Below are positions 37,518 through 38,934 of a stretch of DNA of 38,934 nt, piece after piece. Each line of letters opens with the position of its first letter. Within the stretch, counting starts at the first letter, position 1. The translations under genes were made by a program, and so were the position numbers. The notes under the pieces are model-generated. The model made no database searches. It was not told the origin of the DNA and worked only from the letters and a program-made list of their open reading frames with translations. This stretch comes from Paramecium tetraurelia. Taxonomy: Eukaryota. The stretch lies in NCBI GenBank assembly GCA_000165425.1, contig CT868208.1:496001-534934 (forward strand), read 5' to 3'.

Positions 37518-38786
37518 AATAATTTATTATAATATATTTTATTCATCAATAATTTTAATTCAAACTACTAGCCTGCCAACTCGTATGTTGCCTAATTATA
37601 ATGTTGAATTACTTAATACAAAGTTGTATAGTCCAAGAGCTGCCTTTTAAATTTTTTTGAAATGTATTAATAACAATCTGAACAAGCTTTATCTTTAGCA
37701 ACTAATTCAATAATTTATTAAGATAAATCATCGAAATCCATTATTTCATCCAAAGGTTTTTGTTAAGTTTTATCAATTAGACTCATCTGTTATTATTGCA
37801 TATAAAATAAGCTCGCTGCTAAATCGATATCAAAATCTAGTTTCTATCTAAGCCAAATTAACTAATTTTATATTCCTTCTTGTTGTTATTTGTACAATTT
37901 TAAATTCTATAATTATTCTTTTAGATTAGCAATATCATTTCTATGTTCTTTCATCAATTAAATTGCAAATTTTGATACTTACATCTAAATTTGGTTTTCT
38001 TATTTTAATTATAACCCACTAGGTCCAAGAACTGCTTAAGAGTTTAATGGAATTGGAGAGGTAACTATGTTCTTGTTAACAACATCTTTCACTTGTTTAT
38101 CAATTTCAACTTTATCAGTAATCTCCTCATTGTTATCCTTTTAATCTGTTTGTCTTTATTTATCCATTTAAATTGGATCATTTGAAAAATATTATTATTA
38201 TTTTTTTTGCTTATGATATGGAAAGTGATTTGTTAATAATTCTTTAGCTTCTTAAAACACTCTTTACAAATTTTAATGATTAAACCAAAGCTTGGCTTCT
38301 GTAAGGTAAGTGTTTAAAGATATCCATTTTTCACCTTAAGATGAATGAAAAAAGGATGATAATTTTATGTCCTTATCTAAAAAAGTTAAATTTATTAGTT
38401 ACCATCAAGACTTTTATTTTCTATACAAATGTCGAAAATTTGTTAAGGGTAATTTAAAAAAAAAGAAAAATTCATAACTATTTAAAAGGATTTCTACTTT
38501 ATCAATATATTAACAAACCCAGAAATTCTCAAAATAGATTCATCTGCACTAATTAATTATACTATCTACCTTAAATATATATGTCTATATTATCATTGCA
38601 GAATTCATTAATAATGAATGTTGCATCTTATATTAATTTCTCTGGGTATTAAAAAAATTCATTCATATTGATTAATGAAGTCATCTAAGATAACTTTTGA
38701 GATCTTTTTGGAACTTCTGTCTCAGCTTATTATTAAGTATCGTTTTAACTTTAAGGGTAGATTAAGTTTAATATTCTTTAATACAT
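37514..38786 (-). CDS. TSG101/Vps23-like ESCRT-I subunit (UEV domain, coiled coil, Vps23 core)
   Basis: UEV-like LRISGFVNILIKQKSFQIVMNFSFFLNYPQ and a central coiled coil. C-terminal LDEIMDFDDLSQQIIELVAKDKACSDCYQYISKKFKRQLLDYTTLYQ|ATYELAGQQFELKLLMNKI aligns with the Vps23 core/SB pattern. Three small introns. TGA at 37514-37516. Confidence 0.75.
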
Positions 38787-38934
38787 TTATTATTTTTCTA
38801 GCAAAATAATAAAAAGAATTTAATTTAGAAATGACATTTTATTTTGATTTTCAAAATTTGAAATAAATCAAATATCAATTTTAGATGAAGATGTTTGGAT
38901 AGCGGCTTGTGTTCTAAATTTTGGACTTAAGGAA

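Noticed and set aside
38831..38934. Open frame from ATG 38831 (+) to the window end
   Set aside because: It is too short and has no motif. It could be the start of a divergent gene or the end of a minus-strand gene, and this cannot be decided here.

Overview
AT-rich, gene-dense eukaryotic DNA that reads as a ciliate macronuclear chromosome segment, most likely Paramecium (aurelia-type). Long reading frames appear only when TAA/TAG are read as Gln and TGA is the sole stop. Frame breaks are resolved by tiny 21-34 nt GT..AG introns, so the supplied standard-code ORF track shows only fragments or shadow ORFs. Manual translation gives 19 protein genes: an anoctamin/TMEM16 (runs off the left edge), a CDPK, four hypothetical proteins, a possible SAPS-like protein, EMG1/Nep1, a bZIP factor, a cNMP-binding protein, a SPATS1-like protein, CFAP300/C11orf70, a PP2C-fold protein, a small SANT/Myb protein, a CPBP/Abi protease, a Sec14/CRAL-TRIO protein, a ~9.3 kb IP3R-type Ca2+-release channel, WDR93-like and TSG101/Vps23-like. 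The most unusual signals are: (1) two independent same-strand gene pairs whose stop and start codons overlap as ATGA, an operon-like junction (SPATS1-like to cNMP protein; Vps23-like to WDR93-like); (2) a head-to-head pair of probable ciliary genes with only 16 bp, containing a palindrome, between their ATGs; (3) several signalling proteins with intact frames that have lost canonical ligand or metal residues (anoctamin Ca2+ site, PP2C metal Asps, IP3R IP3 site and filter Asp). All family calls come from motif recognition by eye, and no searches were run. Coordinates were counted by hand and CDS spans include introns.
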